64,000 nucleotides of DNA from Patescibacteria group bacterium (GTDB taxonomy: Bacteria; Patescibacteriota; Microgenomatia; UBA8517). The position numbers and the translations under genes are program-made. Position 1 is the first letter of the stretch. Every line of letters starts with the position of its first letter. The DNA lies in assembly GCA_022868165.1 (NCBI GenBank), contig JALHYA010000001.1, forward strand, positions 12,937 to 76,936, in the 5' to 3' direction. The notes beneath the pieces are model-generated. The model was not told where the DNA came from, made no database searches, and saw nothing but the letters and a program-made list of their open reading frames with translations. Positions 54,501 through 63,774 of this stretch are shown one piece after another.

Positions 54501-55765
54501 TCTTCTTTTAATCTGAATTCAAAACCGTTGCTGATAAATTTTTCTCCAAACTTGGTCGAAAAAAATAGAGCCGTAGCCGCAACTCCGGCCAATATTAACA
54601 TCACAAGTTTCACTCCGAATATTTCCGTGATTGTTCCGGAGAAAATAACAGGAACAATTGTTGCAACTGTCACAATAAACCAAAAGTTGCCGAAAACTCG
54701 ACCGCGCAATCCTCCGGGAGTCGTTTCCTGCAAATACGTTTGAGAAGGAATTACTACTCCGACAAACGAAAGCGCCGCAAATAAAATCAGCACGGGCCCC
54801 AGTATCAATCTAATATTTGTAGGAACTTCCGGCACGACAAAAATGAGGAGAAGAATTGAAGCAACGATAGTGCCAAGGAATGTTTCAATTGCTCTTTTCT
54901 TTCTCCAACCTTTTTTCAGTAGCCTTGAAACCAGAAATGCGCCGGTTATGGCTCCAATTGCCGCGGGAACTACTATCAATATTCCCCCCGCATTAATATT
55001 TATTTTGAAAATGTCTCTTGCCAAAACAGGAACGTTGACCACTACGATAGTGGAGGAAATTTGAACACCTACCAACATAAGAAAAGGCAACAAAACGTTC
55101 TTATGTTCTTTAAGGAAATGATATCCGCCAAAAAGCTTTTCAAAGAATTTTTCGGATGCCTGCTCAAAGCCGGAGGGTAAAACTTCTTTGGCTTTTAGTT
55201 CGGGTAGAAAAGTGACGCTGACAAAGGCCAAAAACAAAAAGAGAGCGCCCAAAAAAAGCGTATTATCAAAACCCACAAGCTGATTCAAAAAGCCAGCAGT
55301 TCCAAACCCGATAACGAGTGAGCTTTGTTGGGTTAAAAGAAATAAAGCATTGGCATGTGGGAGCTGGTCTTTTTTTACCAAAGAGGGCAACGACGCGGAT
55401 TCCGCCGGAACGTAAAACTGATCCAAAAGAGAATAGGTAAATGCGACTCCATAAAGCAGAAAAAGAGTAGTATGGTGAAGAAACGCATAAAGAAAGATTG
55501 TCAGCGCTTGCAAAAAGTTTGTTACGATTAGCATCCTTCGCCTAGAAGTCAAATCTACCGTGGCCGACGCAAACGGCCCAATTAAAATTGCGGGAATAGA
55601 ATACGCTACCCAGAGAAGCGAGGTTGCAATTGACGAACCCGTCAAAGTAAAAAGCCTGATCAGAAGTGTAAAGTTCATTATGCTTATGGTTACCTGCGAC
55701 AGAACCTGAGAAGTCCATAGCTTCAAAAAATTTTTATTTGACACCAATAATTTGTAATCGTTCAT
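54497..55765 (-). CDS. MFS transporter
   Basis: 12-TM profile, 422 aa. Confidence 0.6.
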   Translation of the reverse strand: MNDYKLLVSNKNFLKLWTSQVLSQVTISIMNFTLLIRLFTLTGSSIATSLLWVAYSIPAILIGPFASATVDLTSRRRMLIVTNFLQALTIFLYAFLHHTTLFLLYGVAFTYSLLDQFYVPAESASLPSLVKKDQLPHANALFLLTQQSSLVIGFGTAGFLNQLVGFDNTLFLGALFLFLAFVSVTFLPELKAKEVLPSGFEQASEKFFEKLFGGYHFLKEHKNVLLPFLMLVGVQISSTIVVVNVPVLARDIFKININAGGILIVVPAAIGAITGAFLVSRLLKKGWRKKRAIETFLGTIVASILLLIFVVPEVPTNIRLILGPVLILFAALSFVGVVIPSQTYLQETTPGGLRGRVFGNFWFIVTVATIVPVIFSGTITEIFGVKLVMLILAGVAATALFFSTKFGEKFISNGFEFRLKEE

Positions 55766-57171
55766 AATTTTGCGACTTTTGGTTTATATTCCGTCTCCTT
55801 TTCAAATTCTTTTCCTAAGGCAAACAAAACCTCTTCCGAGAATCTTGGACCCATCAACTGGAAGCCCAACGGCAACCCCTTTGAGTTAAATCCGAATGGC
55901 ATTGCAAGCCCCGGCAGTCCGGCAACATTCGCGGAAACTGTAAGTATGTCAGCCAGATACATCTGTAAAGGATTTCCGGCCTTTTCCCCCAATTTAAACG
56001 GGGGAGTCGGTGAAACGGGGGCCAAAATTGCATCTACATTTTCAAAAGCTATTAAGAAATCCTGAATAATTTTCGACCTGACTTTCATTGCCTTGAGATA
56101 GTACGCATCATAATACCCTGCCGAAAGAACATAGGTTCCAAGCATTATTCTTCTTTTTGCTTCCGCACCAAAGCTGGCTCTCGGATTCCCAAACCGTGTC
56201 CCGTCGTATCTGCCCAAATTGGAAGATACTTCTGCCGGCTGAACGATGTAGTAAACGGAAATTGCGTATTTCGTATGTGGCAAAGAGATATCGACAAGTT
56301 CAACTCCCATTTTTTTGAAAACTTTGGCTGCATCCAAAACTGCCTTTTCCGCCTCCCTGTCCAATCCCTCGCCGAAATATTCCTTTGGAATACCCAGTTT
56401 TAAATGGGGTTTGATTTCGGCTGCATCGTCAGGAAAATCCTTGGCGGTCGAGTCGTAGTCGTCGGCACCTTTTGTAACTTGAAAAACTTTTTCCGAGTCT
56501 CCGACAGTTCTGGTAAAATGCCCTATCGAGTCAAGCGAAGAAGCCATTGCCACAATTCCATAGCGCGAAACCGCTCCATAAGTAGGTTTTAGTCCCACAA
56601 TCGAGCAGAAATTTGCCGGCTGCCTAATGGAGCCGCCGGTATCAGTGCCCGTAGAAATTAACGAAAAATTAGCGGCCAGTGCCGCTGCGGATCCGCTCGA
56701 GGAACCTCCCGGCACATATTCCAAATTCCAAGGATTCTTTGTGGGCCCGAAATCGGAATTTTCTCCGGAGGCTCCGTGTGCCCAGGCATCACAATTGGTT
56801 TTTCCGATGGATATCGTTCCCGCATCCTGCAATTTTCTTACAACCGTCGCGGAATAAGCGGGGACATAGCTTTCCAAAACTTTGGAAGATGCAGTCGTTC
56901 GTATCCCCTTGGTAAGAAACAAGTCTTTAAAGGCTACTACTACTCCCAAAAGCGGATGGACCTTAACGGCATCTTTACCCAACCCTGCGACGGCTTTGTC
57001 GGTGCTTTTGGCCTGTTCGTAGGCTACTTCATCGGAAACCGTAAGAAAGCTATTCAACTTGCCGTCCTTGGCTTTAATTTGCTTAAGATATGAGTCCACC
57101 AGTTCGACCGCGCTGAACTTCTTTCCGATTAATCCTTTATGGGTTTCCTCAATCGTTAACGGGGTTTCCAT
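55762..57171 (-). CDS. gatA: Asp/Glu-tRNA amidotransferase subunit A
   Basis: Amidase signature GGSSGGSAAALAA. Confidence 0.9.
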   Translation of the reverse strand: METPLTIEETHKGLIGKKFSAVELVDSYLKQIKAKDGKLNSFLTVSDEVAYEQAKSTDKAVAGLGKDAVKVHPLLGVVVAFKDLFLTKGIRTTASSKVLESYVPAYSATVVRKLQDAGTISIGKTNCDAWAHGASGENSDFGPTKNPWNLEYVPGGSSSGSAAALAANFSLISTGTDTGGSIRQPANFCSIVGLKPTYGAVSRYGIVAMASSLDSIGHFTRTVGDSEKVFQVTKGADDYDSTAKDFPDDAAEIKPHLKLGIPKEYFGEGLDREAEKAVLDAAKVFKKMGVELVDISLPHTKYAISVYYIVQPAEVSSNLGRYDGTRFGNPRASFGAEAKRRIMLGTYVLSAGYYDAYYLKAMKVRSKIIQDFLIAFENVDAILAPVSPTPPFKLGEKAGNPLQMYLADILTVSANVAGLPGLAMPFGFNSKGLPLGFQLMGPRFSEEVLFALGKEFEKETEYKPKVAKL

Positions 57172-57471
57172 CTATTTTTTTATTACTCTGCCGACCACAA
57201 AATAACCGTTATGTGTTTTATCGGTCCCACTTAATGCTTCTTCTTGGGGAAGACAGTTTTGGGGAGCAACTTCGTCTATACGCAAAACGTTTTCGAGTCC
57301 CATTGTCTGGCTTGTAGGTTCGACATCGTCGGTATTAACTTCCGAAAGCTGACCGACATAATCTACTACTTCCAATAGTTGGTTCTGCAAAATTGGAAGT
57401 TCTTTGTCGCCTATATCGAGGCGGGCGAGTTTGGCTACATGTAGGACATCTTTTTCCGAAAGTTTTGCCAT
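57172..57471 (-). CDS. gatC: Asp/Glu-tRNA amidotransferase subunit C
   Basis: MAKLSEKDVLHVAKLARLDI..., 99 aa. Confidence 0.8.
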   Translation of the reverse strand: MAKLSEKDVLHVAKLARLDIGDKELPILQNQLLEVVDYVGQLSEVNTDDVEPTSQTMGLENVLRIDEVAPQNCLPQEEALSGTDKTHNGYFVVGRVIKK

Positions 57472-57509
57472 ATTTTTGCTACTTTACCATTTCTTTTGAA
57501 ATGGCAAGC

Positions 57510-59291
57510 TCAGCTTATCATTTTTTCGAACTCCTTCAAGCTCCTTGTATTTACAATATCATCTTTGGTTGCCCAGCCTCTTCTGGCCACGGTAATCCCA
57601 TATTGCATATTATCTAAACCGTTCTTGTGGTGGGCATCGGTACCCATGCTCAGCATAATTCCTTCTTTCACGGCTTCTTTCACCAAAGTATCGGGTAAAT
57701 CCAGCCTGATAGGGTCGGCATTTATTTCCAACCATTTGTCGTTTTTTAAGCAAAAATCGAATATCTTGGGCCAATCGACTTCAACACCTTCCCTTTCGTT
57801 CAATTTTCTGGCGGTAGGGTGGGCGAATACCCTAACTTTTGGGTGCTCTAATGCCTTTAATACGCGCGATGTCATCTTCTCGCGGGGAAGATCAAAGCTT
57901 GAATGAATCGAAACAAGGGCAAAATCCAAAGTATCCATTCCTTCATCCGGAACAGGCAATCCGCCTTCGGGCAAAATGTCGATTTCGAGGCTATTGAACA
58001 CTTTTTGTACGCTTTTACAATGACTTTTCACAAATGAGTAATTTAATTTGTCTACAGCCTCACGCTTACGCATGAGTAAATCTATTATCTGTTTCTCGTT
58101 ATGTCTGCTTTTGCTTGGGTTATGCTCCGTGAAAGCTATATATTCATAATTAAGCGAATCCGCTCTCTCGATTACTTCCTCCATTGTGGATGCACCAATA
58201 TCGTGGCTTGTTTCTATGTCGAAGCTTGAGTGTATCTGAAGGTCGGCTTTGATGTCGGCGAGTTCGACCAGGACAGGGAGTTTTTGGGATAAAGCGGACT
58301 CAATCTCCCCCGAATCTTCCCTAAGCTCTGGAGGAATCCATTCCATGCCCAAGAATTTATAGAAACTTTCCTCGTCGTTAAACTTTCGAATTTCGTGCTT
58401 CGAATTTCGTGCTTCGCGAATACCGTATTCGCTTAAGCTCAAGCCTTTCTTAAGCGCGTATTCGCGTAGGGCAATATTATGGTGCTTTGAGCCCGTAAAG
58501 TGCTGCAAAAGAGCTCCGTATGCCTCGGGAGACTGAACCATGAGGTCAACCTGAATATCGCTGGGAACGATAATTGAGGCTGTCCGGTCCCCTTTTTCGA
58601 TAATTCTTGTCAACTTCGGATACTTTGTGAAGTGCCCCAAAACCTCTTCCGGCTTTTTGGTGGCAACAGCAATATCGATATCTCCGACTGTTGCTGCCTC
58701 GCGTCTAAGGCTACCCAGCGTATTAATCTCCATAACCGACTTGTTTTGTTTCATCCATTCAATTACACCTTCAGCCGTAGCTTTGGCATATGGAAGAAGC
58801 ATTCTGCGGGTTTTTCCTTTGGACTCCTCCAAGGCCGTGAGAATTTTACTCTGGGACTCCTCCCCAAAACCTTCCAATTTTGCTATTTTGCCCGACTTTG
58901 CGGCCTTTTCAAGGTCGGCCAAACTCTTTATCCCAAGCTCCTTGGCAAGCCTGAAGCCGGTTTTTGCTCCCACGCCGGGAAGCTCCATAAATTCGAACAT
59001 TGCGGGAGGCAAACCTTTCATAACAGCCTCGAAATGTTTGGACTTTCCGGTTCTGAATAGCTCGTCCAAATGTTCGGCGATAGATTTTCCTATTCCGGGT
59101 ACCTCATCAAGCTTTGCGTCGTCCCAAAGGTCCTTAAGCTCGCTGGAGGCGTGTTCTATGGCATCCGCGGCCCTTTGGTAGGCAATAATCCTGAATTTGT
59201 TCCTATCGGCATCTTTTAGCTCGTAAGCTGCGGCTACTGAGCGCAGAAGCTCCGCAATCTGAAGATTATTCATCTCTTTGGAAGTCTTCAT
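57510..59291 (-). CDS. polX: family X DNA polymerase with C-terminal PHP domain
   Basis: Pol-beta-like HhH N-terminus (NNLQIAELLRS...GIGKSIAEHLDE), NTase core, C-terminal PHP motifs. Confidence 0.8.
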   Translation of the reverse strand: MKTSKEMNNLQIAELLRSVAAAYELKDADRNKFRIIAYQRAADAIEHASSELKDLWDDAKLDEVPGIGKSIAEHLDELFRTGKSKHFEAVMKGLPPAMFEFMELPGVGAKTGFRLAKELGIKSLADLEKAAKSGKIAKLEGFGEESQSKILTALEESKGKTRRMLLPYAKATAEGVIEWMKQNKSVMEINTLGSLRREAATVGDIDIAVATKKPEEVLGHFTKYPKLTRIIEKGDRTASIIVPSDIQVDLMVQSPEAYGALLQHFTGSKHHNIALREYALKKGLSLSEYGIREARNSKHEIRKFNDEESFYKFLGMEWIPPELREDSGEIESALSQKLPVLVELADIKADLQIHSSFDIETSHDIGASTMEEVIERADSLNYEYIAFTEHNPSKSRHNEKQIIDLLMRKREAVDKLNYSFVKSHCKSVQKVFNSLEIDILPEGGLPVPDEGMDTLDFALVSIHSSFDLPREKMTSRVLKALEHPKVRVFAHPTARKLNEREGVEVDWPKIFDFCLKNDKWLEINADPIRLDLPDTLVKEAVKEGIMLSMGTDAHHKNGLDNMQYGITVARRGWATKDDIVNTRSLKEFEKMIS

Positions 59292-59293
59292 AC

Positions 59294-59314
59294 AAATCCA
59301 TTATATATGGATTT
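59294..59314. promoter_or_regulatory. perfect 8-bp-arm palindrome AAATCCAT-N5-ATGGATTT between tRNA-Asp and the polX start
   Basis: aaatccattatatatggattt; it ends 2-3 nt before the polX ATG. It could be an operator, or an RNA hairpin in a tRNA-Asp-polX co-transcript. Confidence 0.5.
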
Positions 59315-59330
59315 CGTGGATATTTTGAGG

Positions 59331-59404
59331 CGGGGCTGACGAGACTCGGACTCGCGACCTTCCGCGTGACAGGCGGACGCTCTAACCAACTGAGCTACAG
59401 CCCC
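59331..59404 (-). tRNA. tRNA-Asp (anticodon GTC)
   Basis: Acceptor GGGGCTG/CAGCCCC, discriminator G73, anticodon stem TCCGC/GCGGA, loop CTGTCAC. Confidence 0.8.
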
Positions 59405-59571
59405 AAACCGCTTGTATTTTATCATCCCAAGTAATTACGGTCAAAATGCCCTTGACTTATAGCATATGATACTTTAAATTCAGCACACATCTTCCTGCCT
59501 TAAGGAGGTGAACAAATCTGAATATAAAAGACACTCTTAAGGCAATCAAACTCAACGAATCTACTATCAGC

Positions 59572-60066
59572 ATGATATTGGGAGCATTGGTTATTGTTGT
59601 TGTCGCTGTTTTGGTAGTCAATTATTTCAAAGACCAAAAAGGGACTTCCCTACCCTTCCTTTCTAAGCAAGGCACCGAACAAACCGAGCAAACAGGCGCA
59701 AAAACCCACACGGTAGTCCAAGGAGAAAATCTTTGGCAAATAGCCGAACAATATTACGGTTCGGGTTATAACTGGGTTGATATTGCCAATGCAAATAATA
59801 TTGCCGATGCCAACCAAATCGAAGTCGGACAAAAACTAAATATTCCCGATGTTACGCCTAAACAGGCAACTACAACCGCTGTTGAACAAAAGGCTCCAAA
59901 TGCAATAACCGGAGCTACATATACTGTCGTTCACGGAGATAATCTATGGAATATTGCAGTCCGAGCTTACGGAGACGGTTATAAATGGGTAGAAATTGCG
60001 AAAGAAAACAAACTGGTTAATCCCAATATCATCCACGCAGGAAACGTTCTAACGCTTTCTAGATAG
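59572..60066 (+). CDS. LysM-domain protein (2 LysM repeats) with N-terminal TM anchor
   Basis: Two copies of the H/YTVV.G.NLW.IA...YG.G..W..IA..N pattern. The start may be an upstream non-ATG codon in the same frame. Confidence 0.7.
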   Translation: MILGALVIVVVAVLVVNYFKDQKGTSLPFLSKQGTEQTEQTGAKTHTVVQGENLWQIAEQYYGSGYNWVDIANANNIADANQIEVGQKLNIPDVTPKQATTTAVEQKAPNAITGATYTVVHGDNLWNIAVRAYGDGYKWVEIAKENKLVNPNIIHAGNVLTLSR

Positions 60067-60098
60067 GTGCATATGGCTGGTGTATAATTCGCATAGTT

Positions 60099-60169
60099 GC
60101 GGGATTAGTACACCGGTAGTACGCCACCTTCCCAAGGTGGAGAAGCGAGTTCAATTCTCGTATCCCGCT
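60099..60169 (+). tRNA. tRNA-Gly (anticodon CCC)
   Basis: Acceptor GCGGGAT/ATCCCGC, D-arm GTACACCGGTAGTAC, anticodon stem CCACC/GGTGG, loop TTCCCAA. TATAAT promoter at 60083-60088. Confidence 0.8.
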
Positions 60170-60176
60170 CAGTTGT

Positions 60177-60794
60177 ATGATTGAAAGAATTACTTTGCCA
60201 GGAGAAATAGATGGACATGGGTTCCTCGAAATGTACTTACGAGAATGTATCTATTTAAACTGTGATAGTGGTATTAATTATTTACCAAAACCCTACGAGT
60301 ATGCTGATATTCAACAAGCAAGAATTGATCCATCAGAAGTAAAACCAACGGCAAAATATGTCTTGCGAAGCAATCTGGCAACAATTGAAGCTTTGGACAA
60401 AGAGCTGTCAACACAAGGAATAGATATATTTAATCTCCACGGTGTTATAAAGATAGATGACAATAACTATATTTGTCCTCCTATTTTAGAGGTTTGGAAA
60501 GAAAAACCTTACAACGGAATTCCTGTCATAGTTGACGGACTCCATCGCTTATATATTGCCAGAAAAAGAGGCATTGAGATAAATTGCGTCCTAATTTCCG
60601 GTGAAATCTCCAGTATGCTTCCTGTATTACCACTGACAGGTTGGCATGAAGTGGTTGAACAAGACGCTGTACCCAAAGATAAACGTAACTATCACCCGGG
60701 AATACCGGCTCATTGGAAACCTCACGAGTTATATAGACGGAGATTTCATGGTTCTACGGGTCCAAGAATAGTTTTGAGTACAAGTAATACCTGA
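60177..60794 (+). CDS. ParB/Srx-like nuclease-domain protein (second paralog)
   Basis: 205 aa with VIVDGLHRLYIARKRG (DG.HR..A motif). The ATG is 7 nt after the tRNA-Gly(CCC) 3' end. Confidence 0.45.
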   Translation: MIERITLPGEIDGHGFLEMYLRECIYLNCDSGINYLPKPYEYADIQQARIDPSEVKPTAKYVLRSNLATIEALDKELSTQGIDIFNLHGVIKIDDNNYICPPILEVWKEKPYNGIPVIVDGLHRLYIARKRGIEINCVLISGEISSMLPVLPLTGWHEVVEQDAVPKDKRNYHPGIPAHWKPHELYRRRFHGSTGPRIVLSTSNT

Positions 60795-60887
60795 TTCTAA
60801 ATTTAACAAGGCCCGACCTGAGTACGCTTTCCAGCTCAGAAGATGGCGGAGAATAACCAATTTTGCTCTCAAAATTGTTGACTCCGC

Positions 60888-61430
60888 TCAGCCGCCTATT
60901 ACTCCTCCTAAGTGAATTTCTGCATCTCTCCACAAAGGATTTAGATAGGCGCGGGCTACTGCCTTCTCGAACAGTACGGGTTCCAAGTCTTCGTCGTAAG
61001 ACTTTAGTAGTTCTGACTTTGCTCCAAAAATTTCAAACCGTTCTCCAAAACCCGACTCGTTTCCCGCGTACCACCAAACCGCAATTTTCCAAGCACCAGG
61101 TTGGACTCCGGGTAAAACGTTGTCAGTGGCCATAATCAACCTTTTCTCTCCAGGCCAAATTAGATGTAAGGATATCTTACTTGCATCTTCGACTAATTCT
61201 TGTTGCTCCACTTCTACCCCTCTCAATCTTTTTATAACTATAAGCTCTCCCAACAGAGCCTCCAGGCGTGTATGCTCCAGAAATCTATCAAAGGAAACAA
61301 GGTTCTTTTTCCTAGCCCGGGCAAGTAACTCCGCATTTTCCTGCACCTTTGTGTCCTCTTTCCTCGCTCCGAGTGCTTGCTTCTGTCTTTCCTCCCCTTC
61401 AAGGCGATGTAATATTTCAGCTAATGACAT
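60888..61430 (-). CDS. hypothetical protein, convergent partner of the ParB-like gene
   Basis: 180-aa ORF, no recognised motif. Confidence 0.4.
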   Translation of the reverse strand: MSLAEILHRLEGEERQKQALGARKEDTKVQENAELLARARKKNLVSFDRFLEHTRLEALLGELIVIKRLRGVEVEQQELVEDASKISLHLIWPGEKRLIMATDNVLPGVQPGAWKIAVWWYAGNESGFGERFEIFGAKSELLKSYDEDLEPVLFEKAVARAYLNPLWRDAEIHLGGVIGG

Positions 61431-61492
61431 TTAATTCACCTCCTTATTATGTTTGCAGTATTATTATATGATAGTCATGACAAAGTCAATAT

Positions 61493-61518
61493 TGGTTCTA
61501 CTCCCATATCCCGCTCCG
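61493..61518 (+). repeat. orphan tRNA-Gly(TCC)-like 3' fragment (T-arm plus acceptor 3' strand)
   Basis: GGTTCTACTCCCATATCCCGCTCCGG versus the tRNA-Gly(TCC) 3' end GGTTCGACTCCCCTATCCCGCTCCGA, about 23/25 identical. There is no matching 5' half. Confidence 0.6.
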
Positions 61519-61556
61519 GCTTTGACTTCTCGATTTCTTCGTGATATTTTGTGCGT

Positions 61557-61754
61557 ATGGAAAGAGACAGAAATAGCGCTAGATTCGGCGTTTTAGAAGT
61601 CTTGGATAAAACCGGGGCGGATGCCGCTTCCAAAGGAGCAAGAAACGCTGCCAACTTTTTATTCGAAGTATCCAGAAAACTTAGTGCAAAATGGTGGCCA
61701 CGACGCATAGAAGATCCCAAAGCTGAAAGAGTTGCAGACGCTCACATCCCCTAA
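61557..61754 (+). CDS. small hypothetical protein (65 aa), leaderless
   Basis: TTGACT-17-TATTTT promoter ending 6 nt before the ATG. Host-like codon usage. Start at Met3 of the track ORF. Confidence 0.4.
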   Translation: MERDRNSARFGVLEVLDKTGADAASKGARNAANFLFEVSRKLSAKWWPRRIEDPKAERVADAHIP

Positions 61755-61820
61755 TTATTTGGGGTGCTTCTTAATCACAACCTCGTCAGCCTCATTGATG
61801 ATATAATTCGAGTTAGTTAA

Positions 61821-61892
61821 GCCAACGTAGCTCAGCGGTAGAGCAGTCCCTTCGTAAGGGAAAGGTCGGTGGTTCAATCCCACCCGTTGGCT
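61821..61892 (+). tRNA. tRNA-Thr (anticodon CGT)
   Basis: Acceptor GCCAACG/CGTTGGC, D-arm GCTCAGCGGTAGAGC, anticodon loop TTCGTAA, T-arm GGTGGTTCAATCCCACC. Confidence 0.8.
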
Positions 61893-61895
61893 CAG

Positions 61896-62612
61896 ATGGC
61901 AAGGTATTACTCAAGGTTGGCATCGGTTGAAGAAAAGCGCAACATTCGCCGGGCTTTTATATTTGGAGTCCTCACAATCGCGGCGATTGTTTTTTTGTTC
62001 ACAATCGGCCTTAACGTACTTACAAAATTCGTGGGAGTTATTTCCGACTTAAGAAAAACGTCCACTCCAATCGAAAAAACGGATACCACTCCTCCACCGC
62101 CCCCACGACTTGATACTCTTCCGGATGCAACCAATAATTCCAAAATTCAGATAACAGGAAGCTCCGAACCCGGCTCCACGGTTGAACTTTTTGTTAACGG
62201 AGCAAAAAACGAATCTTTAGCCGGAAACGACGGTGTATTTTCTTTCGATATCTATTTGGATAACGGCTCAAATAACATTTATGCCACGGCGAAAGACTCG
62301 GCCGGCAACGAAAGCGGTAAAACTCCCACTTATGAAGTCATATATTCGAAAAATCCTCCCAAAATAGACATCTCCAGCCCAAGCGACGGGGCAAAATTCT
62401 ATGGTAATAAGCAGCAGCAGATTACTATTTCCGGCAAGACCTCTCCCGACTCTTCGGTTACCATAAACGATAGAATCGTCGGCCTCCAAGATGACGGCTC
62501 CTTTTCCTCGTCGGTTTTCCTCAATGATGGCGACAATACATTTAAGATAAAGGTTCAGGATAAGGCTGGAAATACGGCCGAAAAATCAATTACGGTTAAC
62601 TATTCTCCCTAA
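61896..62612 (+). CDS. membrane-anchored protein with tandem Ig-like domains
   Basis: Start at Met10 (MARYYSRL...TM helix), 3 nt after tRNA-Thr. A PPPPP linker, then two ~90-aa beta-rich repeats (…GSTVELFVNG…; …SVTINDRIVG…). Confidence 0.55.
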   Translation: MARYYSRLASVEEKRNIRRAFIFGVLTIAAIVFLFTIGLNVLTKFVGVISDLRKTSTPIEKTDTTPPPPPRLDTLPDATNNSKIQITGSSEPGSTVELFVNGAKNESLAGNDGVFSFDIYLDNGSNNIYATAKDSAGNESGKTPTYEVIYSKNPPKIDISSPSDGAKFYGNKQQQITISGKTSPDSSVTINDRIVGLQDDGSFSSSVFLNDGDNTFKIKVQDKAGNTAEKSITVNYSP

Positions 62613-63774
62613 AGGAAGCTCCAAGGATTAACGCCATCCAGCCCAACACCCAAGGGTAAAAAAGACTGTTGGTAAAAAGACTATGGACAAAAACAGCAAC
62701 GATGCTTGATTTAAAAAACAATCCGTAAATGTCGGCAGAACTTCTGGTCCAAACAACAAAAATCAAATAAGAGAAAATTATGAGACCGAAAATTCCGGTT
62801 GTCGCCCAAATCATCAGAACACTCGAATCCAATCCTGTACAGGAATGCGAATCTTGGCCGACTTGTCCCAAGTACTTTATTTTTGCCTCGCACAGATTGT
62901 TGTAGCCTACTCCAAATAAAGGTGATTTTTTAATAATCTCAAAGGACTCGCTATAATTTTTAAGACGCGGATAGATGCTGCTTACTCTTTCCAATTTTAC
63001 TCCTTCGCTGGATGGCCTTGGAAGAGATACGGCAATTAAGACCAACCCCGCCAAAATCAATGCGAAAATCTTAATTTTCTTTTTAAGAAACAGAACTACA
63101 ACGCTGCCCGCAAGAAGTGCCAAATATGCCGCCCTTGCATAAGTAAACGCCGTGGTAATCAGAAGAAATGCTAAGGCAATCAAAAAGATTTTCTTCTTTT
63201 CTTGGAAAAATTTGACCAGGGCAATCAAAAAACCCAAAGCCAAAATTATTCCCGTAAATCCGGGGTCCAGGAACGTCGAAACCAGTCTATACAAATGGTC
63301 GTCCCAGCCGAGAAATTTTAACGAGGTAAGGTCGGGATATCTAAAATACTGGTACCATCCGAAGATTCCGACGACAACCGCCTCCAAAAGCAAGGCTTTC
63401 AAAACAAGTTCCTTAAATCCTTTTTTGTTTTTTGATAGGTTCCAGGCAAGAATAAACAAAAAGTAGTAAGCGACAAGACGCAGGAAATAAAGTGTGCCCG
63501 GCAAAAGACGCGAAACCTTAAAAAAGACAATCGAGAAGGCAAACGAATAGAGAAGCGATACAAAGAAAGCCCTAAAAGCTATAGTTCTCGGCTTGTCCGT
63601 TTTAGAAAATAAAACCAGTAAAAGCACAAAGCCTGCGATTAAATCGATAGGTTGAAGAACAACGCTCTGTCCGAAGATATTGAATACCAAACGGATGAGT
63701 TGTCCGAAGGGAAACAAGACCAACAAAATAAAAATTAGTTTTTCGCCTAGTGCGAGTGCTTTTGTTCTACCCAT
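62596..63774 (-). CDS. O-antigen ligase/polymerase-family (Wzy_C-like) polytopic membrane protein
   Basis: About 10 TM helices and a TYARAAYLALLAGSVVV motif. Start trimmed to Met41, though the track ORF runs to 63894. Confidence 0.5.
   Translation of the reverse strand: MGRTKALALGEKLIFILLVLFPFGQLIRLVFNIFGQSVVLQPIDLIAGFVLLLVLFSKTDKPRTIAFRAFFVSLLYSFAFSIVFFKVSRLLPGTLYFLRLVAYYFLFILAWNLSKNKKGFKELVLKALLLEAVVVGIFGWYQYFRYPDLTSLKFLGWDDHLYRLVSTFLDPGFTGIILALGFLIALVKFFQEKKKIFLIALAFLLITTAFTYARAAYLALLAGSVVVLFLKKKIKIFALILAGLVLIAVSLPRPSSEGVKLERVSSIYPRLKNYSESFEIIKKSPLFGVGYNNLCEAKIKYLGQVGQDSHSCTGLDSSVLMIWATTGIFGLIIFSYLIFVVWTRSSADIYGLFFKSSIVAVFVHSLFTNSLFYPWVLGWMALILGASFRENS

Noticed and set aside
59490-59515. 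CUUCCU-GCCUUA-AGGAGG hairpin sequestering the SD of the LysM gene as a regulatory element
   Set aside because: Only a 6-bp stem with a wobble. It could be incidental, so it is kept as a note only.
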